Assembly: GCA_963668645.2 (NCBI GenBank)
Contig: CAXXWC010000021.1
Span: forward strand, 1,408,001-1,472,000
Length of the DNA stretch: 64,000 bases
Origin: Desulfobacterales bacterium
Lineage (GTDB): Bacteria > Desulfobacterota > Desulfobacteria > Desulfobacterales > UBA2174
Direction of reading: 5' to 3'
Both the position numbers and the translations under genes were made by a program. Positions 10,986-20,430 of the stretch are shown here, in pieces (the first letter of the stretch is position 1; each line of letters starts with the position of its first letter). Below the pieces are notes generated by a model. That model saw only the letters and a program-made list of their open reading frames with translations. It searched no databases and was not told the DNA's origin.

Positions 10986-12041
10986 ATGACACCATCTTCT
11001 ACGCCATCATCATCGCCCCTCTGCCTGGCCCGCATCGCCGCCTTGGTGGGCGGCGAGGTGGCCGGCGATCCGCAGCGTACGGTGACCGGGGCCGCCCCCT
11101 TTGAAAGCGCCGGCGAAAACGAGATCGCTTTTGCCGCCGCTGCGGCCTATTTGAAACGCCTGGACGAATGCCGGGCCGGCGTCCTGCTGGTGCCTCCGGC
11201 CACCGAGGCACCGGGCCGGGACCTGATCCGGGTGCAAAATCCCCAGGCCGCCTTTGCCCGCGTGCTGCGGATGCTCCACCCGCCGCTGCGGCCGGCTCCC
11301 GGCACCCATCCCAGCGCCGTGATCGGCGAACGCTTCAGTTGCGGGGAAGAGAGTACCATCGGTGCCCAGGCGGTGATCGGAGAGGATGTTGTCATCGGGC
11401 GCGGGGTCGTGTTGGCCCCCCATGTCGTAATCGGGGACCGGGTCACGATCGGCGACGACACGCGCATTTTCCCCCATGTAACCATCCTGGCCGACTGCCG
11501 GATCGGGTCCCGGGTAACGATTCAAGCCGGCACGGTGATCGGTTCGGACGGGTTCGGCTATGCCCGCGACGGGGAGCACTACCTGAAAATCGTCCACCGC
11601 GGCATTGTCCAGATCGACGACGACGTGGAAATCGGCGCGGTCAACACCATCGACCGGGCCACCTTCGGCCGCACCTGGATCCAGTCCGGAGTGCGCACCG
11701 ACAACCTGGTCCATATCGCCCACAACGTCACGGTGGGTGAAAATACGGTTCTCGTGGCCCAGGTGGGCATATCCGGCAGTGTGACCATCGGCCGCCAGGC
11801 GATCCTGGCCGGCCAGGCCGGGATTGCCGGCCACCTGACCATCGGCGACGGGGCCACCGTCGGCCCGCAGGCCGGGGTGGCCCGGTCGGTCCCCCCCGGC
11901 GCAGTGGTTTCCGGATCCCCGGAAATGCCCCATCGTCAGTGGCTCCGTGCCCAGCGGATCACTGCCCAGCTCCCCGAACTGGCGCAGCGTCTGCGGGACC
12001 TGGAAAAACGTCTGGCCATCCTGGAAGAATGCAACGGCTGA
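10986..12041 (+). CDS. lpxD: UDP-3-O-acylglucosamine N-acyltransferase
   Basis: Hexapeptide repeats, IGSDGFGY, DDVEIGA.NTIDRA, DNLVHIAHNV. Confidence 0.95.
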   Translation: MTPSSTPSSSPLCLARIAALVGGEVAGDPQRTVTGAAPFESAGENEIAFAAAAAYLKRLDECRAGVLLVPPATEAPGRDLIRVQNPQAAFARVLRMLHPPLRPAPGTHPSAVIGERFSCGEESTIGAQAVIGEDVVIGRGVVLAPHVVIGDRVTIGDDTRIFPHVTILADCRIGSRVTIQAGTVIGSDGFGYARDGEHYLKIVHRGIVQIDDDVEIGAVNTIDRATFGRTWIQSGVRTDNLVHIAHNVTVGENTVLVAQVGISGSVTIGRQAILAGQAGIAGHLTIGDGATVGPQAGVARSVPPGAVVSGSPEMPHRQWLRAQRITAQLPELAQRLRDLEKRLAILEECNG

Positions 12042-12081
12042 AACGGCGTCCCAGACCGGGGACGCGACAGGAGAAGGGATT

Positions 12082-12528
12082 ATGCCCCCGGTATACGATA
12101 TCCGCAGGATCATGGACGCCCTTCCGCACCGCTATCCGTTCATCCTGGTGGACCGGGTGCTGGAACTGGTTCCCGATAAACGTATCCGGGCCTTGAAAAA
12201 CGTGACGATCAACGAGCCATTTTTCCAGGGGCATTTTCCAGGCACCCCCATCATGCCCGGCGTACTGATCCTCGAAGCCCTGGCCCAGACCGGAGGGCTC
12301 TTGATCTGCGCCTCCAGGCCGGTGGCCGAGCACGAAATGCTCTATTTTACCGGAATGGACCGGGTCCGTTTTCGACGCCCGGTCGTTCCGGGCGATCAAT
12401 TGATCCTGGAGGGCCGCATCCTCAAGGTCCGCACCAATGTCGCCAAGATCAGCGCCACGGCTGCTGTCGGCAATCAACTGGCCGCCGAAGCGGAACTGAT
12501 GGCCAATTTCGGCGAGAGACCCAAATGA
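12082..12528 (+). CDS. fabZ: 3-hydroxyacyl-ACP dehydratase
   Basis: LPHRYPFILVDRV, KNVTINEPFFQGHFP, MPGVLILEALAQ. Confidence 0.96.
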   Translation: MPPVYDIRRIMDALPHRYPFILVDRVLELVPDKRIRALKNVTINEPFFQGHFPGTPIMPGVLILEALAQTGGLLICASRPVAEHEMLYFTGMDRVRFRRPVVPGDQLILEGRILKVRTNVAKISATAAVGNQLAAEAELMANFGERPK

Positions 12529-12586
12529 CCTTCGCCGGGCTGGATCGAAGGAGCCTGCCCGCGACCATAAGCATCCACGAGGAACC

Positions 12587-13360
12587 ATGATGATCCACCC
12601 CACAGCCATTGTCAGCGCAGGCGCCGAAATCGGAGAAAACGTCTCCATCGGCCCCTATGCGGTGATTGGCGAAAACGTCTCCATCGGCGCCAACACCCGC
12701 ATCGGCGCCCATGCGGTTATCGAACCGTTCGTCAGCATCGGGCGCGATTGCCGCATCTTTCAGTTCGCCGCCATCGGTGCAGTGCCCCAATCGGTGAAGT
12801 TCGAGGGCGAAAGGACCTATGTCAAGATCGCGCAACGCTGCACGGTGCGTGAATTCGTCACCATTCACCGGGGCACGGCCTTCGGCGGTGGACTGACCGA
12901 AATCGGCGAAGGATGCTTTTTGATGGCCTACACCCACGTGGCCCACGATTGCCGCATCGGGCGCAACGTGATTATGGCCAACAACGCCACCCTGGGCGGT
13001 CACATCCAGATCGGCGACTACGCTTCGGTGGGCGGCCTGGTGGCGATTCACCAGTTCGTGCGCATCGGGGATCATGCCTTTGTCGGCGGCAAATCCGCGG
13101 TGGTCAAGGACATTCCGCCTTACGTGATCGCCGCCGGGGACCGGGCCACCCTCCACGGTCTGAACCGGGTCGGCCTGCAGCGCCATGGGTTTCCCCAGGA
13201 AACCCTGGCGGCGCTCAAAAAGAGTTACCGTATCCTCTTCCGCTTCGGGCTGACCCTCCAGGAAGCCCTCGCGCGGGTCAGGGCAGAGGTGGCACCAATT
13301 CCCGAAGTCGTCCGCTTTCTCGAATTTCTCGAGTCGTCCCGGCGTGGGATCACCCGTTAG
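12587..13360 (+). CDS. lpxA: UDP-GlcNAc acyltransferase
   Basis: IHPTAIV, hexapeptide repeats, REFVTIHRGT, HVAHDC, HQFVRIG. Confidence 0.96.
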   Translation: MMIHPTAIVSAGAEIGENVSIGPYAVIGENVSIGANTRIGAHAVIEPFVSIGRDCRIFQFAAIGAVPQSVKFEGERTYVKIAQRCTVREFVTIHRGTAFGGGLTEIGEGCFLMAYTHVAHDCRIGRNVIMANNATLGGHIQIGDYASVGGLVAIHQFVRIGDHAFVGGKSAVVKDIPPYVIAAGDRATLHGLNRVGLQRHGFPQETLAALKKSYRILFRFGLTLQEALARVRAEVAPIPEVVRFLEFLESSRRGITR

Positions 13361-13455
13361 GGCCTTGGGGTAAGAACCATGGCCGATTCAGCTTGCGCCA
13401 GGCCCTGCAGGATCGTCCCGGCCCTGGGGGCAAGCCCGTTCCCGGCAGGCATGTG

Positions 13456-14289
13456 ATGCAGCGTATCGGATTAATCGCCGGCGGCGGCCAGTTTCCACTT
13501 CTTTTCGCCCGCGCCGCAACAGCGCACGGCTATCAGGTGGTGGCCGCGGCCCACCATGGAGAGACCGACCCCCAACTGGTCGCATCGGTCCATGACCTGG
13601 CCTGGTTCCACCTGGGCCAACTGGGACGCCTGATCCGCTATTTCCGGCGCCACGGGGTCGATCAGGCCGTAATGATGGGTTCGATCCGCAAGACCCGCCT
13701 CTTTACCGACCTGCGCCCGGACATCAAGGCCATCGCCATCCTGGCCCGCATGCCCAACACCCATGACGACGGCGTGTTGCGCGCCTTTGCCCGGGCCATG
13801 GAAAACGAGGGGATCCGGGTGCAGCCTTCCACCTTTCTTTTGCCCGAGCTGCTGGCCCCGGCCGGGTGCTGGACCCGGCGGCGCCCCGGGCGCGGCGAGA
13901 TGGCTGACATCCACCTCGGCCGCAAGCTGGCCGCCGCCGTCGGACGGCTGGACATCGGCCAGTGCGTGGTGGTCGAGGGCGGCACGGTCCTCGCGGTGGA
14001 GGCCATCGACGGCACCGACGCCACCATTCGGCGCGGCGGACCCTTAGGCAGCGGGCGGGCGGTGGTGGTCAAGATCTGCAAACCGAACCAGGACCGGCGT
14101 TTCGACATGCCGGCGGTGGGTTGCGAGACGGTGGCCGTGATGCAGGCCTCCGGGGTGCGGGCCCTGGCGGTGGAGGCGCAAAGGGCCGTGACCTTCGACC
14201 GGCAAGCGATGATCGCCCTGGCCGATCAACATCGCATCGCCATTGTCGGCCTCGAACCCGAAGAGGAAAACGAATCATGTCAAGGCTGA
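13456..14289 (+). CDS. lpxI: UDP-2,3-diacylglucosamine diphosphatase LpxI (DUF1009)
   Basis: IGLIAGGGQFP, LDIGQCVVV, AVEAIDGTDATIRR, KPNQDRRFDMPAVG. Confidence 0.9.
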   Translation: MQRIGLIAGGGQFPLLFARAATAHGYQVVAAAHHGETDPQLVASVHDLAWFHLGQLGRLIRYFRRHGVDQAVMMGSIRKTRLFTDLRPDIKAIAILARMPNTHDDGVLRAFARAMENEGIRVQPSTFLLPELLAPAGCWTRRRPGRGEMADIHLGRKLAAAVGRLDIGQCVVVEGGTVLAVEAIDGTDATIRRGGPLGSGRAVVVKICKPNQDRRFDMPAVGCETVAVMQASGVRALAVEAQRAVTFDRQAMIALADQHRIAIVGLEPEEENESCQG

Positions 14290-15254
14290 GAGTTGCCGTC
14301 ATCGGCGTCGGATACCTGGGCCGCTTCCACGCAGCCAAGTACGCGGCCATTGACGGCGTCGAACTGGTAGGGGTGGCGGATATCGACCCGGCCCAGTCCC
14401 AGGCGGTGGCCCGGCAATTGGGGTGCCGGTCCTTTTCCGACTACCGCGAACTGATCGGGCGGGTGGATGCGGTGAGCATCGTGGTCCCCACTTCCGCCCA
14501 TTACGGGGTGAGCCTCGATTTTATCGAAAACGGCGTCGATGTGCTCATCGAAAAACCCATCACCACCGGCCTGGACGAGGCCGACACCCTGATCCGTCTG
14601 GCCGCGGAGCGCAGCCGGTTGATCCAGGTCGGGCATCTGGAACGCTTCAACCCGGCCTTGGTGGCCCTGGGCCCGCGCATCGGCCAAGTGCGCTTCATTG
14701 AAAGCCACCGGTTGAGCCCTTACCAGCCGCGGGGTACCGACGTGTCGGTGGTGCTCGATCTGATGATCCACGATATCGACATCATCTTGCACCTAGCGGC
14801 CAGCCCGGTCCAAGAGATCCGGGCCGCCGGGCTAGCGGTGATTTCCGGGCACGAGGACATTGCCAATGCCCGTCTGGCCTTTGCCAACGGGTGCGTGGCC
14901 AACGTCACCGCCAGCCGCCTGGCCACCCGCAGCGAGCGCAAGATGCGCCTGTTCCAGCAGGATGCCTACATGACCGTCGATTTCGCCCACCGCCAGGCCA
15001 CGGTGGTCAGCCCAGCCACCGAAGCCCAACCCGGGACCGGAACCATTCCCGGAATGCAGATCGAAAAACTCACCCCTGACGCCGGTGACGCCCTGGATGA
15101 CGAAATCCGCGCCTTTGTCAGCGCGGTGCGCCATCGCACCCCCCCGGTGGTCGACGGCCGGATGGGCCGCGAGGCCCTGGCGGCGGCCCTGGCCATCATC
15201 GAACAGATCCGCAAAGCCGGCGATGCCTTCAAGGCCATCCGGGAACGACCATGA
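14277..15254 (+). CDS. Gfo/Idh/MocA NAD-dependent oxidoreductase, GnnA-like (possible UDP-GlcNAc 3-dehydrogenase)
   Basis: GVGYLGRFHA, LIEKPI, QVGHLERFNP, DVSVVLDLMIHDID; between lpxI and lpxB. Confidence 0.75.
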   Translation: MSRLRVAVIGVGYLGRFHAAKYAAIDGVELVGVADIDPAQSQAVARQLGCRSFSDYRELIGRVDAVSIVVPTSAHYGVSLDFIENGVDVLIEKPITTGLDEADTLIRLAAERSRLIQVGHLERFNPALVALGPRIGQVRFIESHRLSPYQPRGTDVSVVLDLMIHDIDIILHLAASPVQEIRAAGLAVISGHEDIANARLAFANGCVANVTASRLATRSERKMRLFQQDAYMTVDFAHRQATVVSPATEAQPGTGTIPGMQIEKLTPDAGDALDDEIRAFVSAVRHRTPPVVDGRMGREALAAALAIIEQIRKAGDAFKAIRERP

Positions 15255-16402
15255 GCCCCAGGACCATGATGATCGTGGCCGGGGAGGCCTCGGCCGATCT
15301 GCACGGCGCCCGGTTGCTGCACGCGCTGCAGCGCAGGGTACCGGATCTGGCCTGCTTCGGAATCGGCGGCCCGGCCCTGGAAGAGGCCGGCGCCGAAATC
15401 CTGGTCCAGGCGGCCGAGCTGGCCGTGGTGGGCATCACCGAGGTGGCCGCCAAGGCCCCGGCTCTGTTGCGGGCCCTGTCTTTGTCCCGCCGGGAGCTGG
15501 CGCGTCGCCGCCCGCATCTGCTGGTACTGATCGATTTTCCGGATTTCAACCTCATGCTGGCGCGAACGGCAAAGCGCCTCGGGATTCCGGTCCTTTATTA
15601 CATCAGCCCCCAGGTCTGGGCCTGGCGGTCCGGGCGCATCCGCACCATCGCTGCAAGGGTGGACCATATGGCGGTCATCCTGCCCTTCGAGGAGGCTCTC
15701 TACCGGCGCCAGGGCGTACCGGTGACCTTCGTGGGGCATCCGTTGATGGATGCGGCCCCCCAGCCGGCCCCGGAGCCTTGGGGCGCCCCGGTGCTGGTCA
15801 GCCTGCTCCCGGGCAGCCGGGACAGCGAGGTGCAGCGGTTGCTGCCCGTCATGCTGGACGCGGTCCAACGGCTGAACCCGCGCTATCCCGCAACGGTCTG
15901 GCGCGTCTCGGTGGCCCCCACGGTGGATCCGTCTCTGGTGGCGGGCATCCTGGCGCAGCACGACGCCTCTGGCAGATGCGAAACCGTAATCGGTGGAACC
16001 GCCGACCTGCTTGCCGCCAGCACCCTGGTCGTGGCCGCGTCGGGAACCGTCACCCTGGAAGCGGCCATCGCCGGCACCCCCACCGTGATCGTCTACAAGG
16101 TCTCCCCGTTGAGCTATCGCCTGGGCCGCCTTCTGATCCGGGTTCCCTATATCGGCCTGGCCAACCTGATCGCCGATGCCCCGTTGATGCCGGAGTTGAT
16201 CCAGGATAACGCCTGCCCGGAGGCCATCGCCCGCACCGTGGCCGCCCTGCTGGACGATCCGGCCCGGCGGGAGCGGATGCGTGCGGCCCTGGCCCAGGTC
16301 CGCCGCCGGCTGGGTCCGCCCGGCGCCACCGAACGCCTGGCGGCCATCGCCCATGGCATGATGGCATCGGATCCAATGCGCCCGGAGAGGTTGGCACCAT
16401 GA
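15251..16402 (+). CDS. lpxB: Lipid A disaccharide synthase
   Basis: AGEASADLHG, IDFPDFN, YISPQVWAWR, LLPGSR, ASGTVTLE. Confidence 0.95.
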   Translation: MSPRTMMIVAGEASADLHGARLLHALQRRVPDLACFGIGGPALEEAGAEILVQAAELAVVGITEVAAKAPALLRALSLSRRELARRRPHLLVLIDFPDFNLMLARTAKRLGIPVLYYISPQVWAWRSGRIRTIAARVDHMAVILPFEEALYRRQGVPVTFVGHPLMDAAPQPAPEPWGAPVLVSLLPGSRDSEVQRLLPVMLDAVQRLNPRYPATVWRVSVAPTVDPSLVAGILAQHDASGRCETVIGGTADLLAASTLVVAASGTVTLEAAIAGTPTVIVYKVSPLSYRLGRLLIRVPYIGLANLIADAPLMPELIQDNACPEAIARTVAALLDDPARRERMRAALAQVRRRLGPPGATERLAAIAHGMMASDPMRPERLAP

Positions 16403-18153
16403 GCCGAGGCCTTCCCATCCGGCTGACCCGGCGCCACCGCCAGCTGATCGATCTGGTACGCGAGCACTGGGGCCGCCTGGCCCTGTCGATGGTCTGTATG
16501 CTGGTGATCGCCGCGGCTACGGCCAGCACGGCCTATCTGGTCAAACCGGTGCTGGACGATATTTTCTTCAGCCGCAATCAGCGCATGCTGACGCTGATTC
16601 CGGTGGCGGTGGTCTTGATCTACCTGCTTCGCGGTGTAGGCATGTACGCCCAGGAATATTTGATGAGCTACGTGGGCGAGCGTATCATCCTGAAGCTGCG
16701 CACCCTGCTCTATGACCGGATCCAGGACCTTCCGGTCTCATTTTTCCAGCACGAAAAGACCGGCGTGCTCATGAGCCGCATCACCAACGATGTGAATGTG
16801 ATCAAGGCCATGGTCTCTTTTGCCGTCACCAGCAGCCTCAAGGACGTCTTTACCATCCTGGGGCTGGTGGGCGTTATCTTCTACCGGGACTGGAAGATGG
16901 CCATTTTTGCCCTGGTGATCCTGCCCCTGGCCTTCTTTCCGGTGGTCGAGTTCGGCCGCCGGGTACGGCGGGCCTCCACCGGCTGCCAGGAGGCCATGGC
17001 CGATCTGAACGTCTTTTTGCACGAAACCATCGCCGGCAACAAAATCGTCAAGGCCTTCGGCCGCGAAACCCATGAAAAGAACCGGTTTCGCGAAAAGACC
17101 GAAGCCCTGTTCAAGGTGGAGCTGCGCGCGGTGGTCGCCCGCAGCCTCTCTTCGCCGGTGATGGAATTTTTGGGCGGCGTGGGCATTGCGTTTATCATCT
17201 GGTACGGCGGCAGCAAGGTGATCGCCGGCACTTCCACCGCCGGCACCTTTTTCTCTTTTATGGCGGCGGTGTTGATGCTCTACGATCCGGTCAAGAAAAT
17301 CACCCGGCTCAACAACGTCCTCCAGCAGGGGATGGCGGCCGCCGACCGGGTCTTCGACATCCTGGAGACCGGCTCGGACATCCTCGATCCCCCGGAGCCC
17401 GTCCGGCTGCCGCGCCAGCCCCATCGGGTGGCTTTCGAAGACGCCTGGTTCCGCTACGACGACGCCTGGGTGCTCAAGGGGATCGACCTGGCGGTGGCCG
17501 AGGGCGAAGTCCTGGCCCTGGTGGGCATGAGCGGGGGAGGAAAGACGACCCTGGTCAATCTCATCCCGCGGTTTTTCGATGTCCGCCGCGGGGCGGTGAC
17601 CATCGACGGCATCGATATCCGGCGCTTTTCGCTGGCCGACCTGCGCGGCCAGATCGCCGTGGTAACCCAGGAGCCGATCCTCTTCAACGACACGGTGCGC
17701 TACAACATCGCCTACGGCCGGCCAGATGCCGGCGAATCGGAAATTATAGCCGCCGCCGAAGCGGCCAACGCCTTGAATTTCATCCGATCCCTGCCCCAGG
17801 GCCTCGACACGCCCATCGGTGAGCTGGGCGGGCGGCTTTCCGGCGGCGAAAAGCAGCGGCTGTGCATCGCCCGGGCACTGATCAAGGATGCCCCGATCCT
17901 GATCCTGGACGAAGCCACCTCGGCTCTCGACACCGAGGCCGAAATGCTGGTACAGCAAGCCCTGGTCAACCTGATGCAGGGGCGCACCACTTTTGTGATC
18001 GCCCACCGGCTCTCGACCGTGGAACACGCCGACCGCATCGCCGTGGTCGTCGACGGGCGCATCGTCGAACAGGGCACCCATGCCGACCTGCTGGCCTGCA
18101 AAGGCGAATACTGCAAGCTCTATCAAATGCAGTTCGGCAATGGGACCGATTAA
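16399..18153 (+). CDS. msbA: Lipid A export ABC transporter
   Basis: TMD plus NBD; MSRITNDV, GMSGGGKTT, LSGGEKQR, DEATSALD; LPS context. Confidence 0.9.
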   Translation: MSRGLPIRLTRRHRQLIDLVREHWGRLALSMVCMLVIAAATASTAYLVKPVLDDIFFSRNQRMLTLIPVAVVLIYLLRGVGMYAQEYLMSYVGERIILKLRTLLYDRIQDLPVSFFQHEKTGVLMSRITNDVNVIKAMVSFAVTSSLKDVFTILGLVGVIFYRDWKMAIFALVILPLAFFPVVEFGRRVRRASTGCQEAMADLNVFLHETIAGNKIVKAFGRETHEKNRFREKTEALFKVELRAVVARSLSSPVMEFLGGVGIAFIIWYGGSKVIAGTSTAGTFFSFMAAVLMLYDPVKKITRLNNVLQQGMAAADRVFDILETGSDILDPPEPVRLPRQPHRVAFEDAWFRYDDAWVLKGIDLAVAEGEVLALVGMSGGGKTTLVNLIPRFFDVRRGAVTIDGIDIRRFSLADLRGQIAVVTQEPILFNDTVRYNIAYGRPDAGESEIIAAAEAANALNFIRSLPQGLDTPIGELGGRLSGGEKQRLCIARALIKDAPILILDEATSALDTEAEMLVQQALVNLMQGRTTFVIAHRLSTVEHADRIAVVVDGRIVEQGTHADLLACKGEYCKLYQMQFGNGTD

Positions 18154-18177
18154 CTTTCCTTCTAACGCCAAAATGCC

Positions 18178-19317
18178 ATGCCGACCCTCATCGACCGCTA
18201 TCTAACGCGCGAACTGATCCCGCCCTTTGCCCTGACTCTGGTCTTTTTCACTTTCGTTTTTTTGATGACGCGCATTCTTGAGATCACCAACCTGGTGGTC
18301 AATTACCAGATCGGCCTGGGCGCCGTGGCGTTGATGCTGGTCTATTCCATGCCCCAGTTTCTCGAATTCGTGGTGCCCATGTCGGTGATGATGGCGGTTC
18401 TGCTCACCTTGCTGCGCCTTTCGGGGGACAACGAAATCGTGGCCCTCAAGGCGGGCGGAATCAGCGTCTTTCGGCTGCTGCCGCCGGTTCTGAGCTTTGC
18501 CATGGCCGGTGCGCTGCTCACGGGGTGGATGACGATATACGGCGGTCCCTGGGGACGGGCCGGATTCGAATCCCTTTTGCGGCGCGCGGCCAACACCGAT
18601 CTAAATATGGCGCTCAAGGAGCGCACTTTCAACGACGGCTTCGACGGGGTAATGCTCTACGTAAGCCGCATCGATCCCAAGAGCCACGACCTGGTGGATG
18701 TCTTTATCGAGGATCAGCGCAACGCCCCGCTGGTGATCGCCGTCGCCGCCCCCCTGGGCAGGCTGGCCCTCGATCCGGTCGACGGCCGCTACCGGTTGCG
18801 CCTCTTCGACGGTTCGGTCCAACGCGTCGACCTGACCCGGCGTACCGCCGATACGGTCCGTTTCAAGACCTACGACATTGCCCTGGCCCCCAAGACTGCC
18901 GCACGCGCACCGGCGGCCGGTGCGAAAAGCGAAAAGGAAATGTCCCTGGCCGAACTGCGCCGCCTGATGGCCTCCTTACCACCTTCGGATCCACGCTATT
19001 TTTCCACGCGCATCGAATGGTACCAGAAGTTTTCGATCCCGGCGGCCTGTCTGGCCCTCGGCTTCATGGCCCTGCCGATGGGTATCCAATCACGCCACAC
19101 CCGGCGATCCTTCGGTCTGGGACTCGGACTGACCAGCTTTTTGGGCTACTACCTGCTCCTTTCGGCCGGCAAGGTGATGGGCGAATCGGGGCAAGTCCCC
19201 CCCCTGGTGGGCATGTGGCTGCCCAACGTGGTCAGCGCCGGCCTGGGGGGCTGGCTGCTGTGGCGCTGCGTGCGCGAACGGCCACTGAGCTGGCCCTGGC
19301 GGCGGGCGTCGTCCTGA
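18178..19317 (+). CDS. lptF: LPS export permease LptF
   Basis: IDRYLTRE, RLSGDNEIVALKAGG, WLPN; paired with lptG. Confidence 0.87.
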   Translation: MPTLIDRYLTRELIPPFALTLVFFTFVFLMTRILEITNLVVNYQIGLGAVALMLVYSMPQFLEFVVPMSVMMAVLLTLLRLSGDNEIVALKAGGISVFRLLPPVLSFAMAGALLTGWMTIYGGPWGRAGFESLLRRAANTDLNMALKERTFNDGFDGVMLYVSRIDPKSHDLVDVFIEDQRNAPLVIAVAAPLGRLALDPVDGRYRLRLFDGSVQRVDLTRRTADTVRFKTYDIALAPKTAARAPAAGAKSEKEMSLAELRRLMASLPPSDPRYFSTRIEWYQKFSIPAACLALGFMALPMGIQSRHTRRSFGLGLGLTSFLGYYLLLSAGKVMGESGQVPPLVGMWLPNVVSAGLGGWLLWRCVRERPLSWPWRRASS

Positions 19318-19349
19318 CCGCCACCGGCCATTGTTGAGGATAAAAGCGC

Positions 19350-20426
19350 ATGCCGATCTTCTACCGCTACGTGACCCGGGAAACCCTGCGGGTGGTGGCC
19401 ATCGCTCTGGCCGCCGTGGTCACCATCTATTTGGCGGTGGATTTTTTCGAAAAGGTGGACGACTTTCTCGAAAAGCAGGTCCCCCTGACCCACGCAGCGG
19501 TCTATTTCGCCTACAAGCTGCCCTTCGTCGTGGCCCAGGTGCTTCCGCTCTGCCTGCTGCTGGCCGTGGCCATCGTCTTCGGATTAATGAACAAACACAA
19601 CGAACTGCTGGCCCTCAAGGCGGGCGGGGTGAGCACCGGACGGCTGATGCAGCCGGTCCTGGCCATGGGCGTGATTTTCAGCCTCCTTCTTTTTTTGCTG
19701 GCCGAGTCCGTCGTCCCGATGGCCATGGACCGGGCCAACCGGATCTGGCTCGGAGAGGTGCGCAAGGCTTCGGTAACGGTCTCACGCGAACGGAACATCT
19801 GGATCAAAGACAACCGTTCGATCACCCACATCCGCCATTACCACCCTGCCAGCCGAACGGCTTACGGGATCGCCGTCAATCGATTCGACGCGCATTTCCA
19901 ATTGACCGAACGCCTGGATGCCGAATCCGGACGATTCACCGGGGGACGATGGCGCTTGGTAAAGGTGATGGTCCAGCACCCGGAAACCGGATCGACCCAG
20001 ATGCAGGTTGAATTCCGCGATGAAATGGACCTGGCCCTCGGCTTGACCCCCGACGATCTCAAGCGTGCGGCCCCGGACAGCAGCCAGATGAGTTACACCG
20101 AACTCAAGCGCTTCACGGCCAAGGTGGAAGCCGAGGGCTACGACGCCACCGCCTACCGGGTCGATCTGCATGCCAAACTGGCCTTCCCGGTGGTATGCCT
20201 CATTCTGGCAATGGTCGGAGGCGGCCTCGGGCTGCACCGGCGCGCCCATGACAACCTGATCCTGGCCGTTGCCGTGGGGCTGGGGGTCGCTTTTTTGTAC
20301 TGGGTGTTTCACAGCTTCTGCCTTTCGCTGGGCTACGGCGAAATGCTGCCGCCCCTGGTGGCCGCCTGGGCCGGAAATCTGGTCTTCGGCTGCATCGGCG
20401 CCTTGGCGATGCTGGGAACGGACTAG
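19350..20426 (+). CDS. lptG: LPS export permease LptG
   Basis: DFFEKVDDF, HNELLALKAGGVS, LPPLVAAWAGN. Confidence 0.87.
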   Translation: MPIFYRYVTRETLRVVAIALAAVVTIYLAVDFFEKVDDFLEKQVPLTHAAVYFAYKLPFVVAQVLPLCLLLAVAIVFGLMNKHNELLALKAGGVSTGRLMQPVLAMGVIFSLLLFLLAESVVPMAMDRANRIWLGEVRKASVTVSRERNIWIKDNRSITHIRHYHPASRTAYGIAVNRFDAHFQLTERLDAESGRFTGGRWRLVKVMVQHPETGSTQMQVEFRDEMDLALGLTPDDLKRAAPDSSQMSYTELKRFTAKVEAEGYDATAYRVDLHAKLAFPVVCLILAMVGGGLGLHRRAHDNLILAVAVGLGVAFLYWVFHSFCLSLGYGEMLPPLVAAWAGNLVFGCIGALAMLGTD

Positions 20427-20430
20427 CCAT

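Noticed and set aside
12631..12692. Direct repeat GAAAACGTCTCCATCGGC
   Set aside because: Encodes LpxA hexapeptide repeats; not a CRISPR or mobile repeat.
16738..18171. 477-aa minus-strand ORF, and similar ones at 5819-7156, 14966-16354 and 33804-35072
   Set aside because: Antisense to well-supported genes; long stop-free reverse frames are expected in GC-rich coding DNA.
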